64,000 nt of DNA from an uncultured bacterium (GCA_963827235.1 CAWHAE010000009.1:448001-512000); one strand, 5' to 3'. Shown: positions 21,081 through 31,125, counted from the stretch's first letter. The notes: a model not told the origin generated them from the sequence alone. A program made the numbers and translations.

Positions 21081-22946
21081 CTACTTGCCGATCAGCACGA
21101 AGAGATCGGTGCGGAGCGTCTTGCCGTTATCCTGCGAGCTAGTGCCTGCTTCCATCGCCTTCATCGGCAGCAGCAACGGCCTCACCTGCTCGTATGAGGC
21201 CTTGTCCGCCTTGGACATGGTCCCCAGGGCAACCCCTTCCAGGAGCGTGCGCAGGGACGTGATGTCCAGGTACATCGTCGCCGTGGAGTGCTTCGGCAAC
21301 CCTGCCGCTGCCTGCAGGTACGTGCTGCTGGCCGCCAGACTATCGCCTGGATGGGAGAGCGTTGCCTGGATCGACGTCATCACGCTCTTGATCGCCGTGG
21401 AGGCGACCAACCACTGCTGCATGGTCGCGTAGCCGTAGCCGGCGGTGTTGGCGAATTCCATGCCGCCGTTCGCCAGCGCAGTCTGCTTGAGCACACTCTG
21501 GGAACTCGACGCGCTCGATCCGCCGGCCAGGGAGAGGAGGCTAGAGACGACCGCGCCGGCCGCGGTGGGGTCCTTCACGCCGAACAACGCCGCCAGAGGC
21601 AGTCCGCCGATATTGCCAGCGGTCAGGGCAGCGGCGTCCTTGGGGGTCATGGGCAAGATGCCGATCGCGGACTCGCCGGTGAGCAGGTTGAGCACGCCCG
21701 AGAACGAGGTGGTGAGCTGATCGTAGGTCTTCGCGTCCTGCGCGCTGGATGCGGCCTTGAGCGTGTTGAGCACACTGGTGATCACGCCTTGCAGGTCGCC
21801 GATCGAGAGGTAGAACATGGTGCCCGTGGGAAGCAGGGTCGCGCCCTTGTCCGGCGTGACCTTCGCCGCCTGCTGCTTGCCGGCCACGTTGAGCAGCTGC
21901 ACGCTCTCGATCTGGAGGCCGTTCGCCTGCGCCATGATCGAGGCGCCGAGTGCCCCGAACTCCTTGTCAACCCTGCCCGCGCTCGGCACCGTGCCCGTCA
22001 GGCCGGTGGTGCTGCTCAGCGTGCTGGCGACGCCCGACCCGGCCTTCACGAGGGCCGGAGTGTTCAGGTAGAAGTATCCCAGCCCGCTCGGCGGAAGGGT
22101 GGCAATCAGCCGCTGATAGCCGGCAGTGCTCGCGAGGGACTTTGTCTTGCCCTGGATGACGTCGATGACCTGCTTGAGATCTTTTACGGTCGGCGTCACC
22201 ACCCCTTCGTTGCCCACGATGGCCCCGTAGGTCGGCGATTTGCTCTTCTTCATGCCGCAGGCGCTGATCTGCAGGGTATAGTAGTTGACGCCGCCGTAGG
22301 TGCCCGCCGCCTTGGCAGCACCCAGGCGATAGTGCAGCAAGATGCCGGGCAGCGCATCGAACTTGCGCTGCGCCAGGATGCTGTGCACGGTGGCAGGCTT
22401 GATGGCAAGCACGATGGCAAGGCCCTGCGTCGCGGATGAGAGCGCCGACGACGTGCCGGTCAGCGGGAGGGTGCTGCTCACGCTGCTGAAGACAGACGGG
22501 TCCGTGATGGCGAGCGTGATCGAGCCGTTAAGCCACGACAGCACCTGGTTATCCATGTTTAGGCAGTGCGATCCCTGGGCGCCGGCAGCGCTCTTGACAG
22601 CGCTGCTGAAGCCGGGCTCGCTCTGGAAGATGGCTTCAAGCCCTTGCAGGTACTTCCCCTGCACGCCGCCGATCGAGGGGTTGACGCTGGCAAACATCGC
22701 CGTGGAGGCCGGCAAGTATGCGGCATCGCCCGGCGGCACGGCTGGCGCCGTGACCGCCGCTCGGGCGACACGGGTCTGCGAGGAAAAGGCCGCGGGCCCG
22801 GTTCCCACGAGCAAGGCGACCAGTGCGACGGCCGCGAACATACCACGCCGCCGGCGGGCGCGCGCGCCCGTGACGTGCCGCGGACTGATGGCCCCCGCCC
22901 CGAGGTCAAGGGTTCCGCCACCCGAAGTGCGCTCCATTGTATCCAT
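21081..22946 (-). CDS. Secreted or membrane-anchored DUF3352-like protein
   Basis: Basic RRRR plus hydrophobic signal, AAYLPASTAMF, VLSWLNGSITLA, internal duplicated SLA.S..Y....A.LP motifs. RBS GGGGAG/AAGG upstream. Confidence 0.65.
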   Translation of the reverse strand: MDTMERTSGGGTLDLGAGAISPRHVTGARARRRRGMFAAVALVALLVGTGPAAFSSQTRVARAAVTAPAVPPGDAAYLPASTAMFASVNPSIGGVQGKYLQGLEAIFQSEPGFSSAVKSAAGAQGSHCLNMDNQVLSWLNGSITLAITDPSVFSSVSSTLPLTGTSSALSSATQGLAIVLAIKPATVHSILAQRKFDALPGILLHYRLGAAKAAGTYGGVNYYTLQISACGMKKSKSPTYGAIVGNEGVVTPTVKDLKQVIDVIQGKTKSLASTAGYQRLIATLPPSGLGYFYLNTPALVKAGSGVASTLSSTTGLTGTVPSAGRVDKEFGALGASIMAQANGLQIESVQLLNVAGKQQAAKVTPDKGATLLPTGTMFYLSIGDLQGVITSVLNTLKAASSAQDAKTYDQLTTSFSGVLNLLTGESAIGILPMTPKDAAALTAGNIGGLPLAALFGVKDPTAAGAVVSSLLSLAGGSSASSSQSVLKQTALANGGMEFANTAGYGYATMQQWLVASTAIKSVMTSIQATLSHPGDSLAASSTYLQAAAGLPKHSTATMYLDITSLRTLLEGVALGTMSKADKASYEQVRPLLLPMKAMEAGTSSQDNGKTLRTDLFVLIGK

Positions 22947-23239
22947 AACCTACCTTACTCCCCACACAGGATCAGAGGCGAGATCGCGGTGATGAGCCGC
23001 CAAGAGACGGCAACAACCCCATTTTTGGCTCTTCTCAACTATAGGCGGTTCGGCAGATGAGCGCAACGCCACCTCAGGACTAGAGGAATCAGCCCTTTGC
23101 CGGGAAGAGTGCCCGATCTGCGGCAGAGAACAGTGCCTTTGGTTCTGGTGTCGACCGGCGATCGCGGCAAGCATAGATAGAGATAGAGACAGAGAGGGCC
23201 GGAGAGCCGGTCCGAACGCTGTCTCAAAGGGGCTGCAGC

Positions 23240-24016
23240 ATGCCGTTTGTACGATCCAGCATCGACGACGCCATCGGCACGATCACCCTGAGCCATGGGC
23301 GCGTCAACCCTCTCAGCAGCGAGCTGATCGCGGCTATAACGGCGGCCCTGGACGAGATGTGCTGCCAGGGCGCCCGTGTGGTGATTCTTCGCGCGCCCGC
23401 AGGCGCCCAGATCTTCTCCGCCGGCCATGACGTGCGGGAGCTTCCGACCAATGGACGCGATCCGCTGACCTACAACGACCCCCTGCGCACGGTCGTGCGC
23501 AAGATCGAAACCTGCTCGCTTCCGGTGATCGCTATGATCGAGGGCTCGGTGTGGGGCGGAGCCTGCGAGCTGGTAATGAGCTGCGACCTGATCGTGGCCG
23601 CCGCCGACTCTACGTTCGCCATCACGCCGGCAAAGCTCGGCATACCCTACAACCTCTCCGGCATCCTCAACTTCATGAACGGCGCCGACATACATTTCAT
23701 CAAGGAGATGCTTTTCACCGCCGAGCCGGTGCCGGCCACGCGCCTGCTGGACTGCGGTGTGATCAACCACGTCGTGCCGCGCCAGGAGCTGGAAGGCTTC
23801 ACCATGGACCTGGCGAGAAGGGTCGCGGAGACGGCGCCGCTCGTGCAGAAGATCATGAAGGAAGAGATCCGCGTCCTGGCAAACGCGCATCCGCTGAGCC
23901 CCGAGGCTTACGAGCGTATCCAGGCCATGCGCCGCGAGGCCTACGACAGCAACGACTACCAGGAAGGGATCAGCGCCTTTCTCGAGAAGCGGAAGCCGGT
24001 ATTTCGCGGGAACTGA
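23240..24016 (+). CDS. scpB: Methylmalonyl-CoA decarboxylase (crotonase superfamily)
   Basis: FSAGHDVRELP..GRDPLTYNDPL, EGSVWGGACEL, TPAKLGIPYN, YDSNDYQEG. Confidence 0.88.
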   Translation: MPFVRSSIDDAIGTITLSHGRVNPLSSELIAAITAALDEMCCQGARVVILRAPAGAQIFSAGHDVRELPTNGRDPLTYNDPLRTVVRKIETCSLPVIAMIEGSVWGGACELVMSCDLIVAAADSTFAITPAKLGIPYNLSGILNFMNGADIHFIKEMLFTAEPVPATRLLDCGVINHVVPRQELEGFTMDLARRVAETAPLVQKIMKEEIRVLANAHPLSPEAYERIQAMRREAYDSNDYQEGISAFLEKRKPVFRGN

Positions 24017-24024
24017 GCAGCGCC

Positions 24025-25884
24025 TCAGCCGCCCAGGCTTGCGATCAGCTTGGCTGCGGTCTGGCGAGCCAGGTCGCTGGGAATGGCGAAGAACATGCCC
24101 TGCGTATCCTTCATGCTCAGGGTATTGACGCCGACCACGTTATACTTCTCGTCCAGCAGCGGGCCGCCGCTGTTGCCGCCGTTGATGAAGCTCTGGTGCT
24201 GGATCCAGACGCCGCCAAAGCCGTCGCCGAGGTCGCGGTTCAGCGCGGAGATGGCACCCTCCGTCACGGTAGGCGGTCCCGGCAGGTCGAAGGCGTCGCC
24301 GTAGCCCATGCTGATCACCTTTTGCAGCAGACGGAGCTTGCTGGAGTCGCCCCAAGTGAGCGGACGCAGCGAGGTCGGACGCAGCTTGACCACGGCGAGG
24401 TCGCCTGCTGTGCCGGCGTCGGCGCTATTCTGCTTGATGGCGAGCACGCTGTAGGTCACCTGACCGTCCGGCGAGAGGGCAAACATATTCTTGGGAGTGG
24501 CGCCTTCGACCACGTGCTTGTTCGTCAGCAGGTAGGTTCCCGAGGCGTCAGACTGGATGACGAAGCCCGTGCCCTCAGCCTGCATGCTGTTGGCCAGGTC
24601 GGCGTGCAGACGGAGCACGCTCGGCTCGACGCAGGTTGCCAGCGGATCGCTGGCCGTACAGGTCGTGGTGACAGGCAGCTTCGTGCCCACGCTGAAGAAC
24701 GTGCTGAACATGATGTGCCCATCAATCAGCAGGTCGGCACGATAGGCGCCACTGGGCCAGGAGCCGCTAGGCCCGGTCACGGGCGACATCTGCAGACCAT
24801 CCACGTACTTGGTAACGTACGGGCCGTGCTTGACCACCGTCTTGCCCGCCTGGTTCTTGACTACCACCGTGTAGCTCGTGGTGCCCGCCTTGAAGCCCTT
24901 GTACTCGAAGTAGAAGGTGACGATCTTGGTGCCGGCGGGGAATACCGAGGTCTTGGCCGGAGCGGGCGCAGTAGCGCTGGCCGCCCAGGCATCGAACGCG
25001 GCTTTCGTGGCCGGGTAGAGCGTGTCGATCGTGGCGCCGCTGCTGCCGCCCACGCTGAAGCTCGTATGCATCTGGATGCGCCCACCCAGGATCAGGTCGG
25101 CCGTATAAGTGCCGCCGGGATAGGCGCTGTCCTGGTCCGGGATGACGGTGCGCATCACCAGCCCGGCGTCGTAGCTTACCGTGAACGGTCCGCGCTTCGC
25201 GTAGACGCCGCCGGACGGGGCGTGAATGACGATCTGGTACTGTGTGGTCTTGGGAGTGGCGTCCTCATAGCTGAAGTAGAAGGCGATGACGGACGTACCC
25301 TTGGGGAAGGTCGTGGTCTTCGTGGGAGCCGCATCGCTGGTGCTCGTGTTCCAGGCGTCGTAGGCAGCTTTGGTGGCCGTATAGAACACCGTGGATTTGG
25401 CATGCGCCGCCCCGGTGCGGCTGATCGAGAAGCTCGTCACCGCGACCTGCTGGCCCTTGAGGAGCAATGACACCGTGTACGGGCCGGTGGCGAACGAGCC
25501 GCCGGGGGCGCCTATCTCATCCATGCGCATGCCGGCCGTGTACTTCACGGCAGAGAACTGGGCCGCGACGGTCGCCGCGCCGGTACTGTCCTTCACCGCG
25601 ACGCTGAACGCCGTCGCGCCAGCGGTAGCGCCGTCGTACTCGTAGTAGACGGCAATGGTCGAGGTACCGGCCGGAAAGCTCGCCGACTTCTTGGGCGCCA
25701 CGTAGGGCGTGGCGCTCGGATCCCAGGCGTCGTACGCATCCGATGTGGCTGTATAGAACGTAGAGACGGTCGCCCTGGCGGCGGGCCGCGCCTGCGCGGT
25801 GAGACCGGGCACGAGTGCCAGGAGCATCGCGAATGCCAGGGCAAGGGAAACCGGAAACGACGGCCTGACTCGGAGCGCGCGCAT
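24025..25884 (-). CDS. Secreted trypsin-like (S1C) serine protease with three tandem ~123 aa N-terminal repeats and no PDZ domain
   Basis: Signal peptide; catalytic triad motifs TNKHVV, DLAVVK, GNSGGPL; GGAGGG RBS. Confidence 0.85.
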   Translation of the reverse strand: MRALRVRPSFPVSLALAFAMLLALVPGLTAQARPAARATVSTFYTATSDAYDAWDPSATPYVAPKKSASFPAGTSTIAVYYEYDGATAGATAFSVAVKDSTGAATVAAQFSAVKYTAGMRMDEIGAPGGSFATGPYTVSLLLKGQQVAVTSFSISRTGAAHAKSTVFYTATKAAYDAWNTSTSDAAPTKTTTFPKGTSVIAFYFSYEDATPKTTQYQIVIHAPSGGVYAKRGPFTVSYDAGLVMRTVIPDQDSAYPGGTYTADLILGGRIQMHTSFSVGGSSGATIDTLYPATKAAFDAWAASATAPAPAKTSVFPAGTKIVTFYFEYKGFKAGTTSYTVVVKNQAGKTVVKHGPYVTKYVDGLQMSPVTGPSGSWPSGAYRADLLIDGHIMFSTFFSVGTKLPVTTTCTASDPLATCVEPSVLRLHADLANSMQAEGTGFVIQSDASGTYLLTNKHVVEGATPKNMFALSPDGQVTYSVLAIKQNSADAGTAGDLAVVKLRPTSLRPLTWGDSSKLRLLQKVISMGYGDAFDLPGPPTVTEGAISALNRDLGDGFGGVWIQHQSFINGGNSGGPLLDEKYNVVGVNTLSMKDTQGMFFAIPSDLARQTAAKLIASLGG

Positions 25885-26089
25885 TGCGGATCTCCCTCCA
25901 GCGGCTGTGCCGATACTGCTCTGCATGATATCAAGGTGGCTGAGCAACCTTGACCGGCATCTACTATAGCGGCACGGCCCACCTCCGGCTATGACCTATA
26001 GGAGCGCCCTATACTTCCAATACCATGTCACGGTCTCGAGTGGGAAGCCGGCCTCACCCCAATGTGGTTCAGATAAGCGGGAAACAGGC

Positions 26090-28213
26090 TCAGCCTGCCT
26101 CTTCGTGTCCCGCCCCGGCCTGAGCGGCGATTGCCGGCACGCCGGCGTCGATCGCGGCCGGCCCTTCCTTCTCGACGGCCTGGTCCGGGAGATCGATCGT
26201 TCGCAGACGGCGCTGGTGGTAATCGAAGCGTTCATGCGCGTAGACGTGGGCCCCGGACCCGGGCACATGTTCGCGCCAGACCATCTCCTGCGGCGTGGTG
26301 CCCGGCTCCATGAGCGGGTAAACGCCGGACGGGCTCGGCAGCATGACCTGCACCATGTAGGGGCCGGGCGTCGCCAGGGCGCGCCGGAGTGCCGCCGCGC
26401 ACTGCGCCTTGTCGTGGACGCGCTCGCCCGGGATTCCGTAGCCGGCGGCAACCGCGGCGAAGAGCGGCCACTCCGCCGCCGCCAGCGTCGCCACGGCGCC
26501 TGCCAGCGTCGCCGCCAGGCTATCCGCGTCGCCGGCCGACGCGACCGCGGTCTGCAGCCCCTCTTTCAGCGTGTGAAGGTCGAGCGGCTCCTGGCGGCGG
26601 CCGCGGCGGCGGTCGCTGGTCAGCCTGCGGCCGCCGAAGTAGAGGCTGTGCCAGTTGTTGACCATGCCGAGAGAGGAATCGTCGAAGACCAGGATCTTGA
26701 TCGGCAGGTGGTAGGCGCCGATCGTGTCCAGCTCGTGCGAGGCCATCACGAGCCCGCCATCGCCGCAGCAGGCGAGCACGGGCGATCCGGGGCGAGCGAA
26801 GCTCGCGCCCACGGCCATGGGCAGGGCGCATCCCATGCTGCCCATGCCGCCAGACGTGATGCGCGAGCGCGGGGTCGAGGCCGGGAACCACTGCGCGGCC
26901 TTCATCTGGTGCGTGCCCACGTCGAACGTAGTCACGACATCCGCATCCATTTCCTCTATAGCCTGTGCCAGGGCGGTATAGACGAACTCGTGGCTGAGGG
27001 CAGTGCTTTTGGGGCGATCGTAACTCTGCACCGGCATGACGTGTCCGATCGTCTCTAGCTCGGCGAGCCACGCCCGGCGGTCCGCGCATGGCCGGCCCTG
27101 CATGCAAAGCAGCAGGCGTTCGAGCGTGTCGCGCACGTCGCCGTGTACGGCCAGGTCGACGGCCCGCACGCGATTGAGCTGGCGGGCATCGGCGTCGACG
27201 TGGACGAGACGCGCATGGGGAGCAAACGCGGCAGGCCGGGCGCCGACCACGCGATCGTCGAAACGAGCGCCCAGGCTCACGACCAGGTCGGCGAGGTAGG
27301 CGGCGAGATTCGCCACCATGGGACCGTGCATGCCGATCATGCCCAGGTGAAGGGGGTTATCGGTGGGCAGAGCGCCCCGCGCATGCAAGGTGGTGACCAC
27401 GGGCAGGGAAAAGCGCCGGCACAGATCCTGCAAAGCGGGCACGCCATCGCCCAGGATCAGACCATGCCCGACGTAGAGGAGAGGCCGCTCGGCGCTTGCC
27501 AACAGATCCGCCAGGCACCGGATGTCGTCGTCGCCCGCGCGCGGCGGCTCCCACTCGAATCCTGCCAGCACGTCCTCCCAGGGCCGCATAGTGGTCGTGC
27601 CGGCCTGCACGTCCTTTGGCAGGTCGACCAGCGCGGAGCCGGGCCGCCCGGTGACGGCGGCATGATAGGCACGCACGAGCATCTCCTGCACTGCCGAGGG
27701 ATGCTCGGCGCGCAGGGAGAGCTTGGTGGCCTTGCCGTCCGTGATGCCCACGATATCGATGGCCTGGAAGGCTTCGGGCTCGGCAGTGGTTGCCGTGTTG
27801 CCGGTCAAGGCCAGCAGCGGGCGGCTGTCGCGCAGGGAGTCGGCGAGGGGAGTGACCAAATTGGTGGCGCCGGGTCCCGAGGTGGCGGTGCAGAAGCCGG
27901 CACGGCCGGAGGCGGCGGCGAAGCCCTCCGCCTCGAAGCCGGCGCCCTGCTCGTGACCGGTGAGCAGATAGCGGTAGGCTCCCCGGTCGTGGGCGGCGGT
28001 GAATGCGTCGTTGAGCGGCAGGCTGGCGCCGCCGGGAATGCCGAAGATCACATCGGCGCCGCAGAAGCAGAGGAACTCGGCGGCGAGATCGGCGCCGCTG
28101 ACGAGCCTGCCGTACCGGGCGCGCCCGGCATGGCGGGGTCGCCGGGCACCTGGAAAATACCGCCGCAAGACTTCACTGATTGCTCTATCGTTGTGTTCTT
28201 GGGGCCGTGCCAC
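26090..28213 (-). CDS. ilvB: Acetolactate synthase large subunit (ThDP-dependent)
   Basis: FGIPGGA, HEQGAGF, TSGPGATNL, AFQ, GMIGMHG, RFDDRV, DVGTHQM, GMGSMG, GDGG..LGMV. An Ile T-box lies upstream. Confidence 0.88.
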   Translation of the reverse strand: MARPQEHNDRAISEVLRRYFPGARRPRHAGRARYGRLVSGADLAAEFLCFCGADVIFGIPGGASLPLNDAFTAAHDRGAYRYLLTGHEQGAGFEAEGFAAASGRAGFCTATSGPGATNLVTPLADSLRDSRPLLALTGNTATTAEPEAFQAIDIVGITDGKATKLSLRAEHPSAVQEMLVRAYHAAVTGRPGSALVDLPKDVQAGTTTMRPWEDVLAGFEWEPPRAGDDDIRCLADLLASAERPLLYVGHGLILGDGVPALQDLCRRFSLPVVTTLHARGALPTDNPLHLGMIGMHGPMVANLAAYLADLVVSLGARFDDRVVGARPAAFAPHARLVHVDADARQLNRVRAVDLAVHGDVRDTLERLLLCMQGRPCADRRAWLAELETIGHVMPVQSYDRPKSTALSHEFVYTALAQAIEEMDADVVTTFDVGTHQMKAAQWFPASTPRSRITSGGMGSMGCALPMAVGASFARPGSPVLACCGDGGLVMASHELDTIGAYHLPIKILVFDDSSLGMVNNWHSLYFGGRRLTSDRRRGRRQEPLDLHTLKEGLQTAVASAGDADSLAATLAGAVATLAAAEWPLFAAVAAGYGIPGERVHDKAQCAAALRRALATPGPYMVQVMLPSPSGVYPLMEPGTTPQEMVWREHVPGSGAHVYAHERFDYHQRRLRTIDLPDQAVEKEGPAAIDAGVPAIAAQAGAGHEEAG

Positions 28214-28239
28214 CGTCTACCTCCCGGCCGCCGGGCAAC

Positions 28240-28519
28240 AAAAAACCCGTCCCTCGACAGGGACGGGCTTGCAGCCCGCGGTACCACCCTCTTTAGCCCG
28301 CCATTGCTGCCCGTGCCGGGCACGGCAAGCTCACTCGTCTGGGTACGTGTTCATACCCACGCCAGGGTAACGGGTAGCGACCCCGGCCACGCCTACCGCG
28401 GCGTACCGCGGATCAGGTGGCAGCTTGGGAATGATCTTCGGGCTGCGCGCTCCACCCCGTCGCACCGACCCGGGGCTCTCTAAGGAGGCGTGGTGCAGCC
28501 GTACTGTTTCCCTCAACGC
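28240..28519 (-). promoter_or_regulatory. T-box riboswitch with Ile specifier (AUC) and intrinsic terminator
   Basis: Minus strand: GCGTTGAGGGAAACAGTA...AGAGAGCC...GGTGCGA...GAAG-ATC-ATTCCC (stem I, specifier at 28433-28435). T-box AAAGAGGGTGGTACCGCG at 28277-28294. Terminator CCCGTCCCT-GTCG-AGGGACGGG-TTTTTT at 28240-28267. Confidence 0.93.
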
Positions 28520-28529
28520 CGATGACGGT

Positions 28530-28558
28530 AGTATGGCGGAACGGCGCGGGGCTGTCAA
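28530..28558 (-). promoter_or_regulatory. sigma70 promoter of the T-box-ilvB transcript
   Basis: TTGACA, 17 nt spacer, CATACT, about 10 nt before stem I. Confidence 0.75.
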
Positions 28559-28599
28559 TGCGGCAGCAAGGCGATCGCGCGAGCCGACATCATGTGGTT

Positions 28600-29230
28600 G
28601 TAAACCGCTATGGTACGTATTCGCTCGCAGGGCAGTTGATTGCCGCCATCGCCTTGCTGCAGGCATGGCACCTGCTCTGGCAGGGTTGGGACGGATCTGC
28701 ATGGTCATTGAGTGCAGAGGCGTTCTTCTACCTGCTCTTCCGCTTTGTTGCGCCCGCGTCTTCCCGTCTAGCCTTGCGTAGGCCAGGAGCCACGTTCGCA
28801 GCGATATGGAGCAGCGCACTTCTGTTCCCGCTCGCGTAATTGGCCTGCACCGCAGCGCCGAGTGGTGGCAGTATGATGCGGCATACTGACGCCCCTTCGC
28901 GGCACCACAGAGGGGCTGTACGATGTCGCTGTCTACGTGCCATTGGCGCGCTTACCGGAGTTCTTGTTCGGGATCGTGGTGTGCGCGCTGTTTGTTCACT
29001 GTTCTCAGCAGCGCTGCATTGCACCCGTCTGACTCTCACCACTGGCTGCGCTTCCTATTGGCCTCGTGCTGGCCCACGCCTTGCCACTGCCCGCAATGAC
29101 GCTGTATACGGGCTTCCTCGACCCTCTCTGGGCACCTCTTCTCGTCGGCCTGCAGCGACTCCGGCCGGGACGAGTCGCGTCCTATCGCTGCGCGCTTCAA
29201 TGCGTCTCGGAGAAGCATTATATGCCCGGC
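28600..29230 (+). pseudogene. Degraded acyltransferase-3 (OafA/YrhL-like) gene
   Basis: AWSLSAEAFFYLLF at ~28700-28740 and RVLSLRASMRLGEALYA at ~29175-29225 match the family's WSLxxExxFY and LGExSY motifs, separated by a stop codon and degenerate sequence. Confidence 0.55.
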
Positions 29231-29298
29231 CTGCCGGGCTGATCGACTGTTTGACGCACGTGGACGGGGGGGATATTCAGGTGCTATGCTTGGACTGC

Positions 29299-31125
29299 AT
29301 GAGACGTCTCGAGCGCGGCATCGTGCCGACTGCAGTATGCATACTGATTCTTGCTGCCTGGCAGCTGTCGCGAGCACCTCGCGTCGGTTGGGCGCTGCTA
29401 CTATATCCCCTTGGAATTGGTCTCTGGTGGTGGGGGGACGCGTATCGCCACCAGACTGGTGGCAAGCGAGGAAGCGAGGAAGCTCGGCACTGCCGCCGCG
29501 CACAGGCCCGCGAAGCGGCGTTGCTCTTGCTCACTATCCTGATCGGCCTCGGGTACCGAATCTGGCTGCTGAGCTTCTACCCAGTCACTCACGGGTTGTT
29601 GACGGACGAAAGCAGGGTGGCAGAGAGTGCCAGCTCACTGGTCCTCCACCGTGGTGACTGGCCGCTCTATGTTCAGGTCACCGGCGCGGTGGCGCTCTAT
29701 CAACCGCTGGCGGCGGCCTTCGCGGCGTTCGGCGCCAGCATTCTCACGTTGCGCATCGAAAGCATGGCAGTCGGCCTTCTGCTCGTTCCTGCCGCCTACC
29801 TACTGATGCGCCAGTTTGCCGGGGCACCTTCCTCGCTAGTCGCCTCGGCCTTGCTTTCTCTGGCGTACTGGCCTGCCATGATGAGCCTGCTTGATTTTGG
29901 CTGGATCGACGGCCTCGTGTTCCAGTCTCTGGCTCTGACTCTGCTGCTGTTCGCATTGCGACGCCAACACGCCGCTGCCGCGGCACTCAGCGGTGGATTG
30001 GCGGCCCTGTGCTTCTACGCCTATCTGGGCCACCGGCTGCTGGTTGTTCCGGTGATCTGCCTTGCCACCTGGCATTTTCTTTTTGGCGCGGAGCAGCGAG
30101 CACTGCGGTGGCGCGTCTTTCTCGCCTTTGCACTCGGGTTTGCGACTGTACTGGCGCCGTGGTTGGCTACCATTGGCGGCCAGCCCTCGCTGATGTATGG
30201 CGATTCAACGGGCCTCACGGCCGACTTCACCACGCAGCTTCATCACGACCCTGCCGGCGCGTTGAGCGGTCTCCTGAAATCTGCAGCCTTGCTGGCCCGT
30301 TCCCTGCTGGTCAGCCCACAATCTCACGAGTGGCCGATGTTCGCGCCGCCGTTCGGCGGTGTGCTCGATCCCGTTCTGGCCGTGCTGGCAATCATCTCGA
30401 TCGCAGGGCTCCTCACGTTGCGACCGCGGCTGCACGCCGGTGTGCTGGCGCTCTGCATCCTCATTCCCTTCGCGGCGGCGAGCACCGTCGTCCCCGTCTT
30501 CCTCAACTCGTACAGGCTGTCAGGAGTGATCCCGGCAGCCTTCGTGCTCATCGCCGTCACCGTAGAAAGGATGTGGCGCTTGGGCAGTGCACGATGCCCG
30601 AGCGGCGTCACCGCGGCGCTGCTGGCCGCGATGCTAGTGACGTCAGGGCTCCTCAATGTGCACACCGCGGCTGACCGGCTTTCCAGCTGTTCGTCCGTGG
30701 CAGGCACGCCCGGATTCTTGCGGAACGAAGGCATCCAGGGAGCGCTGCTTGCCACCTGGGTAAACCGGATGGGACCGGGAGAGACGGTCTATGTGGTGCA
30801 GGCTGCCGTTTCCACCTTCATCGATCCGGTGGCCGACTGGCAGTGGCTCTACCGCATGCCGCTGCCGGTCAGCTTCGTGGCCGGCCCTCCAGGATCGAGC
30901 CCCGCCTCGTGGGAGCCGGCCGTGAGCTGGTTACTGCCGCGCAAAGGGCAGCGATTCTGGCCGCCGCGCGCTGCCGGCTCCGGGCCGTATGTCACCTATA
31001 TCGCCATCGATCCGGGGACTCAATGGTTCATACCGTGGCTGCGGCAACGGTATCCGGGCGGGCGCGCATCGACGATGCAGACGGCGGTTTGTCCGACGAT
31101 TACGATGACGGCATACACGCTCTAG
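29299..31125 (+). CDS. GT-C fold membrane glycosyltransferase (PMT/ArnT, GT39/83-like)
   Basis: Many TM segments, loop GLLTDE, LRIESMAVG, FYAYLGHR, extracytoplasmic C-terminal domain. Start uncertain. Confidence 0.7.
   Translation: MRRLERGIVPTAVCILILAAWQLSRAPRVGWALLLYPLGIGLWWWGDAYRHQTGGKRGSEEARHCRRAQAREAALLLLTILIGLGYRIWLLSFYPVTHGLLTDESRVAESASSLVLHRGDWPLYVQVTGAVALYQPLAAAFAAFGASILTLRIESMAVGLLLVPAAYLLMRQFAGAPSSLVASALLSLAYWPAMMSLLDFGWIDGLVFQSLALTLLLFALRRQHAAAAALSGGLAALCFYAYLGHRLLVVPVICLATWHFLFGAEQRALRWRVFLAFALGFATVLAPWLATIGGQPSLMYGDSTGLTADFTTQLHHDPAGALSGLLKSAALLARSLLVSPQSHEWPMFAPPFGGVLDPVLAVLAIISIAGLLTLRPRLHAGVLALCILIPFAAASTVVPVFLNSYRLSGVIPAAFVLIAVTVERMWRLGSARCPSGVTAALLAAMLVTSGLLNVHTAADRLSSCSSVAGTPGFLRNEGIQGALLATWVNRMGPGETVYVVQAAVSTFIDPVADWQWLYRMPLPVSFVAGPPGSSPASWEPAVSWLLPRKGQRFWPPRAAGSGPYVTYIAIDPGTQWFIPWLRQRYPGGRASTMQTAVCPTITMTAYTL

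Noticed and set aside
23173-23196. ATAGATAGAGATAGAGACAGAGAG purine-rich microrepeat
   Set aside because: Short and imperfect; no support for phase variation or function.
28840-29298. N-terminal 153 aa of the 761 aa ORF
   Set aside because: Overlaps acyltransferase remnants and lacks coherent composition; the GT-C gene more plausibly starts near 29299.
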